Source of the DNA: Roseibacillus sp.
GTDB lineage: Bacteria; Verrucomicrobiota; Verrucomicrobiia; Verrucomicrobiales; Akkermansiaceae
DNA length: 64,000 nt
Direction of reading: 5' to 3'
Assembly (NCBI GenBank): GCA_965242925.1
Contig: CBDEUM010000013.1
Coordinates: forward strand, 160,001 to 224,000
Below the pieces are notes generated by a model. The model was not told where the DNA came from. It searched no databases and worked only from the letters and a program-made list of their open reading frames with translations. This document shows positions 20,488 to 29,679 of the stretch, one piece after another. The first letter of the stretch is position 1; each line of letters opens with the position of its first letter. The position numbers were made by a program, and so were the translations under genes.

Positions 20488-23372
20488 TCCGCCTTCCTGA
20501 GTCCTTTCATTTTTTCCAGCATTCCCGGATTGGGTCCGGTCTTCTCTTCAAACTCCACCTTCACATCCTCCGCAGTCCGGCGCGACTTCGAGATCCATCG
20601 GGCGAGGGCCACTTCCAGCAGGAGGAGGAAGAAGGCCGCCACCGCCAGGATTTTCCACAACTCCTTCCCGAAACCCTTGCCACTGAGGACCGCCAGCACG
20701 TCGGTCACGGACTGGGCCTCCACCAGGTCGATATTCTTGCGAATGAGCTCCTTGTCTTCTTCCTCAAGCCGCTCAAGGCGGCTCTCCCGCACATCCCGCC
20801 GGACCACCAGGGGCACTTCCCCGCTCTCCAGTTCCTCGATCTCCTTGCGAAGCTGTTCCGGCACGATCACCTTGTAGAGACCGGGAATGGCAGCCCCATC
20901 GAGTTCCAGCACCCGTCCACGCCGGCCCACCGAAAGGCTGGCCACCCGCTCCTGGCCCCGCGGATCGACCGCGGTGCTCCTGGCGATCACCTCATTCTCC
21001 CGTTCGCCGGTCAGAGGGAGTAACGCCTGGGCCGGGATGATCTCCATCTTGCTGCCACCCGGCACCTGCCAGTGAAGCTTGATACTGGCGTGGGAAGACT
21101 CCTCCTGGTAGTCGAGCTCGATCCGCGCGGGGGTGCCCGCTTCGAGCTTGATCTCGCCGCTTTCCCTCTGGCCCGTTGACGCCACCCGCATGACCGTTCG
21201 ACCGTTGATCTTGAGAATGGCCTTGTCGTCCACTACCATGCGGAATCGGTAGCTTCCGGTCACGGGCGGCACGAGATGACCCTCCCAGCGGATTTTGAAA
21301 CGGTCCCGGTTCATCCCCGGGTAAGGCTGCTGGTCCTTCCAGTCGAACTGGATGGTGGGATCGACCCGCTCAACCGCAATCCCCCGGTCTTCATCGAAGG
21401 AACGGTAATAGGTGCCCTTCAGGCCACCACCACCCGGCAGGGCCAGGGCGGGCCGCCAGGTCGCCTCCACATTGAGCTTCACCCCACCCGCCCCGGCGAG
21501 CCAGGTGACCAATTCGTGGACAAACGGGACGAAGGACTGCCGGGTGGTCAGGTTCCCGGTGCGAATATCGAAGCCCGACGTGGCGAGAAGAATGCGGCCC
21601 TTCCCATAGTTGCGTCCCGTCAGGAAAGGCTTCCCGTTCGAGTAACGGGCCGCCACCGCCCCCCCCTTGCGGCCCTCGGTCACTTCGCGAAAGCCCGACA
21701 CCCGGGCCTTGCCTAGGTCGCTGCTGCGCTCATCCTTGAAGAGAACCAGCGTTTCATGATCGAATGTGGCGGGAGCGGGGTGAATGCCCTCCGCGTCAGC
21801 CTGCAGGGGTCCCAGGTCCACCGGGCACACCGCACCGCCGGGTCCCTCCCAGGCGTTGTAGAATCCTTCATCAGCCCTCGGTCCGGCCAGGATGAGAAGC
21901 CCCCCGCCGTTCGCCACGTAAGCCGCCATCCGCTCGGCCATGCTCCCGGGCAGGCGCACAACATCGGCCAGCACCACCACCCGGTAGGTCTCCAGATCCT
22001 TGAGGGTCGTGATCTCCGGAGCCGGCATCACGGTGGGCTCCATCAGGTAATTCTCCTCCGGCTTGTTCCCTTCCACCAGCTCGGCCGAGGGTGCCAGGGC
22101 AAGGGCGGTGAACCCGGCCGCCCGCTCGAAGAACCCCCCGCTCGGATTGCCGTCCACCAGGAGGACCGGAAGCCGCTTCTTCACAGCCACCACCAGTTCC
22201 TGCACATCATCCACCGGCAGATCGTCCCCAGCGTCGAGGAGGGCCTTCACCACCGTCGGTCCGGCCAGCTTGAAGAGATGGCGCAGTTCGACGGTCTCTT
22301 CCTGTCCCGGGGCCAGCTGACCGATCGCCACCGGCTCCAGGGGCTCTTCGCCCACCGTCACCTGCAGGGGATTCGGCGTCACCGCTTCCGTGCCCGTGTT
22401 CTCAATAGTCACCCGGATCGTGGCCTCGCGGTCGGTCCCCACCACTTCCCGGGAAAGATCGATCCGGGAAACCGCCACGTTGCGCAGGGACTCCGGGGGC
22501 GGAAAGCTCCGGACCATCAGCTTGGGCGAATGCGGCAGGCCTTCGACCGCCTCCCCGAACGACGTCCAGGCCGAGGGACTGTCCAGGCGCCATCCCAGCC
22601 GCTGGCTGTCGGTAAAGACCACGATCTCCTTGGCGGCGTGATATCCCTTGGCGAGGTTGAGCAGGCTCACCCCCAGCGCATCGTGTGCGCGAAAGGGGCC
22701 CCCCACCGGGCTCAATTCCTCAAGAACCTCGATCACGTCGGCCCGGTGCGTGAGGGGCGCACCCGTCACCGCATCGGGGGCCGGACCTCCCAGGATGACT
22801 GAGAAAGCCGTGCCGCGCGGAGCTCCCTTTACCAGAACGATCGCCTCCTCGATGGCCTGTTGAAACGCGCTGCGTCCATCCGGCCCGGGAATCTCCATGG
22901 ACGTGGAAGCATCTATGACGAGGGCGATATCCCGGCTCCCCGTGTTCTGGAAACGAGCCAGATTGAGCTGTCGCTCAAAGAGAATGAGAGCCACCCCGGA
23001 GAGCAGCAGCAACAGGGCCACCCCCCGCGTGAGCCAGCGTGCCGCGGCCCTGCTCAGCACGAAGGAGGCTCCCAGGGCCGCCACGCCAAAAAGCACCAGG
23101 GGCAACACGAAGATCCACGGAACGTTGGAATCGGGCGGCACGAAGGGACGGGCCAGGGCCAGGGCCAGCAGGGCGATGAGAAGGCAACGGGCCGCCATCA
23201 GCAGCATGTCCTCCCATTCCATCCGCCGCCGACGCATCGCCACCGTGTCGAAAAGAAATCGCATCGCTCCCCAGTCCAGCGGCCTGGCCGACTGCCGCCG
23301 CATCATGTGCAGGATGATGGGCACCAGGACTCCCGCGAGTCCGATCAGCAACCATGGATTGAGGAAGAGCAT
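20484..23372 (-). CDS. BatA-domain/VWA membrane protein with CARDB-like, GATase-like and PA14 domains
   Basis: MLFLNPWLL..PIILH BatA start, IDASTSM, VFTDSQ; PA14-like GLKGTYY..VDPTIQFDW..FKIRWEG..DD. Confidence 0.85.
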   Translation of the reverse strand: MLFLNPWLLIGLAGVLVPIILHMMRRQSARPLDWGAMRFLFDTVAMRRRRMEWEDMLLMAARCLLIALLALALARPFVPPDSNVPWIFVLPLVLFGVAALGASFVLSRAAARWLTRGVALLLLLSGVALILFERQLNLARFQNTGSRDIALVIDASTSMEIPGPDGRSAFQQAIEEAIVLVKGAPRGTAFSVILGGPAPDAVTGAPLTHRADVIEVLEELSPVGGPFRAHDALGVSLLNLAKGYHAAKEIVVFTDSQRLGWRLDSPSAWTSFGEAVEGLPHSPKLMVRSFPPPESLRNVAVSRIDLSREVVGTDREATIRVTIENTGTEAVTPNPLQVTVGEEPLEPVAIGQLAPGQEETVELRHLFKLAGPTVVKALLDAGDDLPVDDVQELVVAVKKRLPVLLVDGNPSGGFFERAAGFTALALAPSAELVEGNKPEENYLMEPTVMPAPEITTLKDLETYRVVVLADVVRLPGSMAERMAAYVANGGGLLILAGPRADEGFYNAWEGPGGAVCPVDLGPLQADAEGIHPAPATFDHETLVLFKDERSSDLGKARVSGFREVTEGRKGGAVAARYSNGKPFLTGRNYGKGRILLATSGFDIRTGNLTTRQSFVPFVHELVTWLAGAGGVKLNVEATWRPALALPGGGGLKGTYYRSFDEDRGIAVERVDPTIQFDWKDQQPYPGMNRDRFKIRWEGHLVPPVTGSYRFRMVVDDKAILKINGRTVMRVASTGQRESGEIKLEAGTPARIELDYQEESSHASIKLHWQVPGGSKMEIIPAQALLPLTGERENEVIARSTAVDPRGQERVASLSVGRRGRVLELDGAAIPGLYKVIVPEQLRKEIEELESGEVPLVVRRDVRESRLERLEEEDKELIRKNIDLVEAQSVTDVLAVLSGKGFGKELWKILAVAAFFLLLLEVALARWISKSRRTAEDVKVEFEEKTGPNPGMLEKMKGLRKAE

Positions 23373-23459
23373 CTGTCTTACTTGTCGGCTCTCAGCTGCC
23401 GGTTGTCGGTGGAAGCAACTGCCCCCTCTCTTCCTGGTAACGAATTCCACATAACTGCT

Positions 23460-24398
23460 CTACCGCTTGGCATGCATTCTCCGGCCCAGATAACGCACGA
23501 GCGTATCGCGCAACGGCGTCTTGGTGTTCACCGGCACATAGTCGGCCTGCAGTTTCCCGCTGGCCGTCTCCATCGACTTTACAAAATCACGCACCTTCTC
23601 CAGGTAGGCTGCCCGCACCGCCTGGGGATCGATCCGAAGCATGGGCTCCACCCCTTCCAGATCCCGGAACCGCTGGAAAGCCTTGAAGGGGAAGGTCAGT
23701 TCCTCATCGGCCAGGACGTGCAGAAGAACGAGTTCATGCTGGCGGAAATCAAAGTGGTGGAGCGATTCGATGATATCCTGCGGTTCGTCAAAAAGGTCGC
23801 TGATGAGGATGACCAGCCCGCGCTTGTGGACCCGCTCGGCGACCTCATGCAGGACATCCGCCACCTTGGTCTCCTCCCCCGGCTCGGACTGGTGCAGGGT
23901 TTCCACAATGCGGCGCAGGTGGCTGGGCCGGCTCCCTGCGCGGAGGTAGGAGCGCACCCGGGAGTCGAAGGTCACCAACCCGGCGGCATCTCCCTGCTTG
24001 ATGAAGAGATAGCTCAACGCCGCCGCCAGGTAACGGGCATAGGCGAACTTGGACATCGCCTCGCCGTCCACCAGGGCCGCCTCCTCTCCGCGGAAGGCCA
24101 TTGAGCCCGAAATATCGACCGCCACCGTGACCCGCAGGTTGGTTTCCTCGATATACTGCTTGATGACGTTGCGATCGCTCTTGGCCATTACCCGCCAGTC
24201 GAGATTGCGCGGATCATCGCCGGGAGTGTACTCGCGGTGTTCCGCGAACTCGACCGAGAATCCCTTGTCCGGACTGGTATGCTTCCCGGTCAGGGTCCCC
24301 TGCATCCGCTTGCGGGCCAGCCACTCGAGCCGCCGCATCACACCCATGGTCTCCTCCGGCAGGAGCTTCATGGACTCGGGCACTTCTATCGAGGGCAT
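23460..24398 (-). CDS. DUF58 family protein
   Basis: GFSVEFAEHREYTPGDDPRNLDWRV, KQYIEET, VDISGSM, LISDL. Confidence 0.92.
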   Translation of the reverse strand: MPSIEVPESMKLLPEETMGVMRRLEWLARKRMQGTLTGKHTSPDKGFSVEFAEHREYTPGDDPRNLDWRVMAKSDRNVIKQYIEETNLRVTVAVDISGSMAFRGEEAALVDGEAMSKFAYARYLAAALSYLFIKQGDAAGLVTFDSRVRSYLRAGSRPSHLRRIVETLHQSEPGEETKVADVLHEVAERVHKRGLVILISDLFDEPQDIIESLHHFDFRQHELVLLHVLADEELTFPFKAFQRFRDLEGVEPMLRIDPQAVRAAYLEKVRDFVKSMETASGKLQADYVPVNTKTPLRDTLVRYLGRRMHAKR

Positions 24399-24458
24399 AC
24401 AGCAGGCACCAATAAACAGATAAACCAGTTCGGCTTCGTACAAACACGAAAACGAGCT

Positions 24459-25466
24459 CTAAATCTTGATCTCTTCCTTGGGCTGCAGATGTTCCAGCAG
24501 CATTTCCACGATGCTGTCGCTGGTCACTCCTGAAGCCTCGGCATTGAAGGTGGTGAGCACACGGTGGCGCAGCACCGGATGGGCCACCGCGGTCACGTCT
24601 CCGGTGGTGGCGTGGAAGCGGCCCCGTAGCACGGCGTGAGCCTTGGCCGCCGAAATCAGGGCGATCCCCGCCCGGGGCCCGGCGCCCCATCCCACCATCT
24701 CTTTCACGAACTCGGGAGCCTCGCCCGAGTTGGGACGGGTTGCCCGTGCGATGTCCGCCGCAAAATCGATCACGTGATCGCCCACCGGCACGCGCTTCAC
24801 GATCTCCTGCAGTTGCAGGATTTCCTCCGCATCCATGAGGGCCTTGACCTCGCCCTCACCGGGACTGGTCACTCTCCGGATGATCTCGCGCTCTTCCTGA
24901 TCGTCGGGATAGTCCACCACGATATTGAAAAGGAAACGGTCCAGCTGCGCCTCGGGGAGTGGATAGGTTCCCTCCTGTTCGATGGGGTTCTGGGTGGCCA
25001 GCACGAAGAAGGGCTTGGGCAGGTTGCAGGTCTTCTCTCCCACCGTAACGTGGTGCTCCTGCATCGCCTCAAGGAGGGCCGCCTGTGTCTTGGGCGGGGT
25101 CCGGTTGATCTCGTCCGCCAGAATCATGTTGGCGAACACTGGCCCTTCCACGAAGCGAAAGCTGCGGCGACCGGACTCCTGATTCATCTCCAGCACATCG
25201 GTTCCCGTGATGTCGGCCGGCATCAGGTCAGGCGTAAACTGGATCCTCTTGAAACTGAGATCCAGGGCCCGGGCCACGGTGGAGACCAGGAGAGTCTTGG
25301 CCAGGCCCGGAACTCCCACCAGAAGGGCATGACCCCGACAGAAAATGGCCATGAGCACCTGCTCAACCACCTCTTCCTGTCCCACAATGACCTGCGAGAG
25401 CTCCTCCTTCATCTGGCCATAGACCGAATGGAGTTTCTCGACGGCCTCTTTTTCGTCCATACTCAT
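24459..25466 (-). CDS. moxR: MoxR-family AAA+ ATPase
   Basis: GVPGLAKT, RIQFTPDLMPADITG, LADEINRTPPKTQAALLEAMQE, ATQNPIEQEGTYPLPEAQLDRF. Confidence 0.95.
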   Translation of the reverse strand: MSMDEKEAVEKLHSVYGQMKEELSQVIVGQEEVVEQVLMAIFCRGHALLVGVPGLAKTLLVSTVARALDLSFKRIQFTPDLMPADITGTDVLEMNQESGRRSFRFVEGPVFANMILADEINRTPPKTQAALLEAMQEHHVTVGEKTCNLPKPFFVLATQNPIEQEGTYPLPEAQLDRFLFNIVVDYPDDQEEREIIRRVTSPGEGEVKALMDAEEILQLQEIVKRVPVGDHVIDFAADIARATRPNSGEAPEFVKEMVGWGAGPRAGIALISAAKAHAVLRGRFHATTGDVTAVAHPVLRHRVLTTFNAEASGVTSDSIVEMLLEHLQPKEEIKI

Positions 25467-25700
25467 ACAAACCCACTACACTCTTCCAAACGGGTTTCTC
25501 GCAACCGAATTCTCCAATATCGTTCCCGGGTAGGCGGAGAAGAGGGATTGTTTCAGCTTGGTGAACTGTTCCGGGGTGACCCGGCCAGCACGCCAACGGC
25601 AGACTCCCTGAAAGGGATTCCACCGAAGATCTCTGTCTTGCCTGAAGTTGGCTGCGCGGGACCCGGTGCCGCCCGCAACGAGCCTCCGGCCCCGGGCCGG

Positions 25701-26558
25701 TCAGACCCCCACCGGATGCCAGGTCGTCTTGATCTCCTGGAAATCGAGAATGTGATAGGGACTTTCCGCCAGCGGGGCATCAGCATGGGGAATGACCCGC
25801 TTGACGTTCTCCACCGCCCGTTCCTGCGCCAGCCTGATTTCCCCGGACTCATCGGAACAGACCAGGAGGGCATTGACATCCATATGTTCCGCGAACTGTG
25901 GGAGAAGTTCGTCGCGCAATCCGGTGAGGATGTTGACCGTTCCACCGGGCACGTCCGAGCTGTTGAGAACCTCCGCCAGGGTAATGGCACAGAGTGGCCT
26001 GGCGTGCGAAGCCAGGATCACACTCGTGTTCCCACCCACCAGGATGGGTGCAACCACCGAACACAACCCCAGCAGGCCACTCCCTTCCGGGGCCACCGCA
26101 GCCACCACTCCGGTGGGCTCGGGCACCGAAAAGTTGAAGTGTGGAGTCGCCACCGGGTTCACACTCGAGAAGAGGGACTGGTACTTGTCGCTCCAGCCGG
26201 CGTAGTGCACGAATAGATCAATGGAAGCCGTCACTTCCTTCTTGGCGGCCACCGGGGTGGAGCCCTGAGCACACAGTTCCTCTTCAAACTGCCCGGCGCG
26301 ACCTTCCAGCATCTCCGCCACCCGATAGAGAATCTGCCCCCGCAGGCAGGCGGTGGCTGCCGCCCATCCCGACCAGGCCTTCCGCGCCGCCACCACCGCA
26401 TTGCGGAAATCCTTGCGGCTGGCTCGCGAGACGTTGGCCAGGAGGGCATCCTTCCGGCCCTTCAATTCGTAGTAGCGCCCCGACTCGGTCCGCGGGAACC
26501 TGCCTCCGAGGTAGAGCTTGTATGTCTTGCTGACGGCTAATCTCTTCTTCGTGGACAT
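25701..26558 (-). CDS. Short aldehyde-dehydrogenase-like protein lacking the catalytic domain
   Basis: 285 aa; KTYKLYLGGRFPRTESGR, YAGWSDK, EPTGVV, GTVNILTG, EIKTTWHPVG; no ELGG or catalytic Cys segment. Confidence 0.8.
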   Translation of the reverse strand: MSTKKRLAVSKTYKLYLGGRFPRTESGRYYELKGRKDALLANVSRASRKDFRNAVVAARKAWSGWAAATACLRGQILYRVAEMLEGRAGQFEEELCAQGSTPVAAKKEVTASIDLFVHYAGWSDKYQSLFSSVNPVATPHFNFSVPEPTGVVAAVAPEGSGLLGLCSVVAPILVGGNTSVILASHARPLCAITLAEVLNSSDVPGGTVNILTGLRDELLPQFAEHMDVNALLVCSDESGEIRLAQERAVENVKRVIPHADAPLAESPYHILDFQEIKTTWHPVGV

Positions 26559-26590
26559 CGCTTGGGACTATGCAAAATGAAAACCTGGAA

Positions 26591-28120
26591 CTACCTCAGC
26601 TCTACATACGGAGCGAGGCCCTGCAGCCCTCCCTCCCGGCCGATTCCGCTCTCCTTGTATCCGCCGAAGGGCGAAGTAGGATCGAACTTGTTGAATGTGT
26701 TGGCCCAGAGCACCCCAGCCCGGATCTGGCTCGTGATCTTGAAGATCTTCGATCCCTTGTCGGTCCACACCCCGCCACTCAGTCCGTAGGGCGTGTTGTT
26801 GGCCTTTTCGACCGCCTCTTCCGGGGTGCGGAAGGTCTGGATCGCCAGCACCGGCCCGAAGATCTCCTTCTGCACGATGCCGTGACTCTGCGCGCACCCG
26901 GTAAAGATGGTGGGCTTGAACCAGAACCCCTTGCGCGGGAGCTTCTGCCCGCTCTGCCAGCACTTGGCACCCTCCTCCCTGCCGGAGTCCACCAGCACCC
27001 TGATGCGCTCCAGCTGCTCCTGCGAGTTGATCGCACCCACGTCCGTGTTCTTGTCCAGGGGATCGCCCAGCACGAGAGTTTCCATCCGACGCTTGAGCTT
27101 ACGCACCACCGTGTCCGCAATGCCCTCCTGCACAAAGAGCCGTGATCCCGCACAACAGACGTGGCCCTGGTTGAAGAAGATCCCGTTGACAATCCCCTCC
27201 ACGGCCTGGTTCACCGGGGCGTCGTCAAAGATGATGTTGGCGGCCTTCCCTCCCAGTTCGAGGGTGAAGCGCCGGCCGGTTCCGGCCAGGTCCTTCTGGA
27301 TCAGTTTTCCCACCGCGGTCGACCCGGTGAAGGCCACCTTGTCGACATCGGGATGCCGCACCAGGTTCTGCCCCGTCTTTCCAGACCCGGTGATGACATT
27401 GACCACTCCGGGCGGGAACCCCGCCTCTTCGATCAACTCCGCCAGCTTCAGGGCCGTCAGCGGCGTGGTCTCCGCCGGCTTGAGCACCACCGTATTGCCA
27501 CACGCGAGGGCGGGAGCCAGTTTCCAGGCCGCCATCAAGAGAGGAAAATTCCAGGGAATGACCTGGCCCACCACCCCCAGGGAACGCGCCCGGCGCCCGG
27601 GAAAGGCGTAATCCAGCTTGTCCGCCCACCCCGCGTAGTAGAAGAAGTGCGCCGCCACCAGGGGCAGATCGATGTCGCGGCTCTCCCGGATGGGCTTGCC
27701 CCCATCCATGGTTTCCACCACCGCGAATTCGCGCGCCCGTTCCTGGATGAGCCGCGCCAGCCGGAAGAGATACTTGCCACGCTCCCGTCCCGGCATATCC
27801 GACCAGGTCTTCTCATAGGCCTGCCGGGCCGCGGCAACGGCCCGGTCCACCATCCTCGGCCCGGCCTCTCCCACTTCCGCCAGAACCTCCCCGGTGGCCG
27901 GATTGATGGTCTCGAGCCGCTTGGGCGCCCGCACCCACTCCCCTCCGATGAAAAGATGGTAGCTGTCCCTGAGGGAAACATGATCGCTGCTCTCCGGGGC
28001 GGGCGCATAACGATCCCCCTCCACGAAGTCGTAGCGACTCTTCCCGGCCCCACCCGCACTTTTGGCTTTGGCACTTTTGGGCTTCGCTCCGGCCGCGCCC
28101 TTTTTCTGTCCGTCTGGCAT
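26591..28120 (-). CDS. Aldehyde dehydrogenase (probably acetaldehyde, deoC-linked)
   Basis: IPWNFP, KPAETTP, FTGST, LELGGK, GHVCCAG, EIFGPV, FGGYKESG. Confidence 0.93.
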   Translation of the reverse strand: MPDGQKKGAAGAKPKSAKAKSAGGAGKSRYDFVEGDRYAPAPESSDHVSLRDSYHLFIGGEWVRAPKRLETINPATGEVLAEVGEAGPRMVDRAVAAARQAYEKTWSDMPGRERGKYLFRLARLIQERAREFAVVETMDGGKPIRESRDIDLPLVAAHFFYYAGWADKLDYAFPGRRARSLGVVGQVIPWNFPLLMAAWKLAPALACGNTVVLKPAETTPLTALKLAELIEEAGFPPGVVNVITGSGKTGQNLVRHPDVDKVAFTGSTAVGKLIQKDLAGTGRRFTLELGGKAANIIFDDAPVNQAVEGIVNGIFFNQGHVCCAGSRLFVQEGIADTVVRKLKRRMETLVLGDPLDKNTDVGAINSQEQLERIRVLVDSGREEGAKCWQSGQKLPRKGFWFKPTIFTGCAQSHGIVQKEIFGPVLAIQTFRTPEEAVEKANNTPYGLSGGVWTDKGSKIFKITSQIRAGVLWANTFNKFDPTSPFGGYKESGIGREGGLQGLAPYVELR

Positions 28121-28126
28121 CAGAAT

Positions 28127-29041
28127 TCAGTCCTTGGTAAAGTAGTCAGCCGACTGGTAGCGGCCCGTTTGCTGTTTGCGGATCTGCATGAGCAGATCGT
28201 TGGTCAGGGAACTGACCCCGAAGCGGAACCACTCATTGGTCAACCAGGCCTTGCCCAGGGTCTCCTTGAGCATGACGAGGTAGTGGATCGCGGTCTTGGC
28301 ATCACTGATCCCTCCCGCCGGCTTCATCCCGACCATGCGGCCCGTCCGGTCATGATAGTCCTGGATCGCCTCCAGCATGACAAGGGTCACCGGCAGGGTG
28401 GCGGCCGGCTGCACCTTACCGGTGGAGGTCTTGATGAAGTCCGCTCCCGCCGCCATCGCGATTTCACTGGCAATTCGCACCGTATCGTAAGTCTGCAGCT
28501 CCCCGGTCTCGAGGATGACCTTGAGGTGGGCCGCGCCACAGGCCTCCTTGCAGCGCACGATCTCGTCGAAAATGCTGCGGAATTCCCCGTGAAGCAGCTT
28601 TCCCCGGGAGATCACCATGTCAATCTCATCAGCCCCCGCCCCCACCGCGTAGCGGATCTCGGAGAGGCGCTCCTTCAGCCGGCTCTGTCCGCTCGGGAAC
28701 CCGGTGGCCACGCTGGCCACCCTCACTCCACTCTGGCCGACAGCCTCCCTTGCCACCCGCACGAGGCGGGGATAGACACACACTGCTGCGGCCGGACCAA
28801 TGCCCGGATCGTCGGGCAGCGGCCGCATGGCCTTGACGCACATCTGCTTGACCTTCCCAGGGCTGTCCTTCCCCTCCAGGGTGGTCACGTCCAGCATGGT
28901 CACTGCCAGCTTGAGGGCCGAGAGCTTGCTCTCCTTCTTGATGCTTCGCGCCTCAAAACGCCTCGCACGCTCCTCCACTCCGACCTGATCTATGGTCGAT
29001 AGCGTTCGGAGGTCCGGAAAACTGGGGTCGGTGGCGGACAT
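28127..29041 (-). CDS. deoC: Deoxyribose-phosphate aldolase
   Basis: LDVTTL, AAVCVYP, VATGFP, GADEIDMV, LKVILETGEL, ADFIKTSTGK, KPAGGI. Confidence 0.95.
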   Translation of the reverse strand: MSATDPSFPDLRTLSTIDQVGVEERARRFEARSIKKESKLSALKLAVTMLDVTTLEGKDSPGKVKQMCVKAMRPLPDDPGIGPAAAVCVYPRLVRVAREAVGQSGVRVASVATGFPSGQSRLKERLSEIRYAVGAGADEIDMVISRGKLLHGEFRSIFDEIVRCKEACGAAHLKVILETGELQTYDTVRIASEIAMAAGADFIKTSTGKVQPAATLPVTLVMLEAIQDYHDRTGRMVGMKPAGGISDAKTAIHYLVMLKETLGKAWLTNEWFRFGVSSLTNDLLMQIRKQQTGRYQSADYFTKD

Positions 29042-29213
29042 GCGTGGAGGAGGAATCTAGATACGGGTTGGCGGAAGGACAAGGTGTTAGAACAATTGGG
29101 GAAATCACAACAAGTCGATTTCCAGCCAGGTTCCACCCTCCAATTCCAGCGAAACAGGATGGCGGGGCCTGGACCGTGCCTCCCGTTCAACCGGTGGGAT
29201 TCCCCTTTAACCG

Positions 29214-29247
29214 AAAAAGAGGGCAGTCCGAAGACCACCCTCTTTTT
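29214..29247 (-). terminator. Intrinsic terminator
   Basis: Minus strand AAAAAGAGGGUGGUC-UUCG-GACUGCCCUCUUUUU; cUUCGg loop and G-U pairs favour the minus strand. Confidence 0.85.
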
Positions 29248-29412
29248 ATCGCACAACGCACTCGCCTCAGAAATCAGTTCCCCGGCTTGGAATGGTCCGG
29301 CCTTCGCCCGGGGTCCCCTCAACCACGCCTGGGGTTAAAAAGTTCGACCGGTTCTCAACCCGCACTGCCTGGCCACTCTCACCAGAGAGTCGGAACCTGT
29401 TAGGACATGCAA
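29248..29412 (-). ncRNA. Candidate structured RNA (6S-like rod or leader) ending at the 29214-29247 terminator
   Basis: No credible ORF; nested pairings CAGGUUCC/GGAACUG, UGGCC/GGCCG and GGGUUGAGA/UUUUAACCC. Confidence 0.35.
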
Positions 29413-29679
29413 CTTGATATTTCACCTTTCCCAACAATTTGCACTACCCCCTCTTCAGCACAAGAAAAAACTCGGTAATTTTTTCCGGCCTGCCCGGCGG
29501 ATCCGGAAATTTCTTCAGGGACCCGAGAACCGTCGCGGGAAGGAGCCTGCGCAAAGCGGCCAGCCACCCCGCCAGGCCGGGCTCCGGCATCCGGCCTCCC
29601 TCGGCATTCGTGTCTACCAGAAGGCGCCGCCTTGCGGCGGCGCCTGAAAAAACGTTTCCCTGTTCCCCGTCTTCCGCCC

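Noticed and set aside
25595..25660. Glycine-riboswitch-like AGAC-hairpin-CACCGAAG
   Set aside because: Lacks the CUCUCAGG core and lies antisense to the flanking genes
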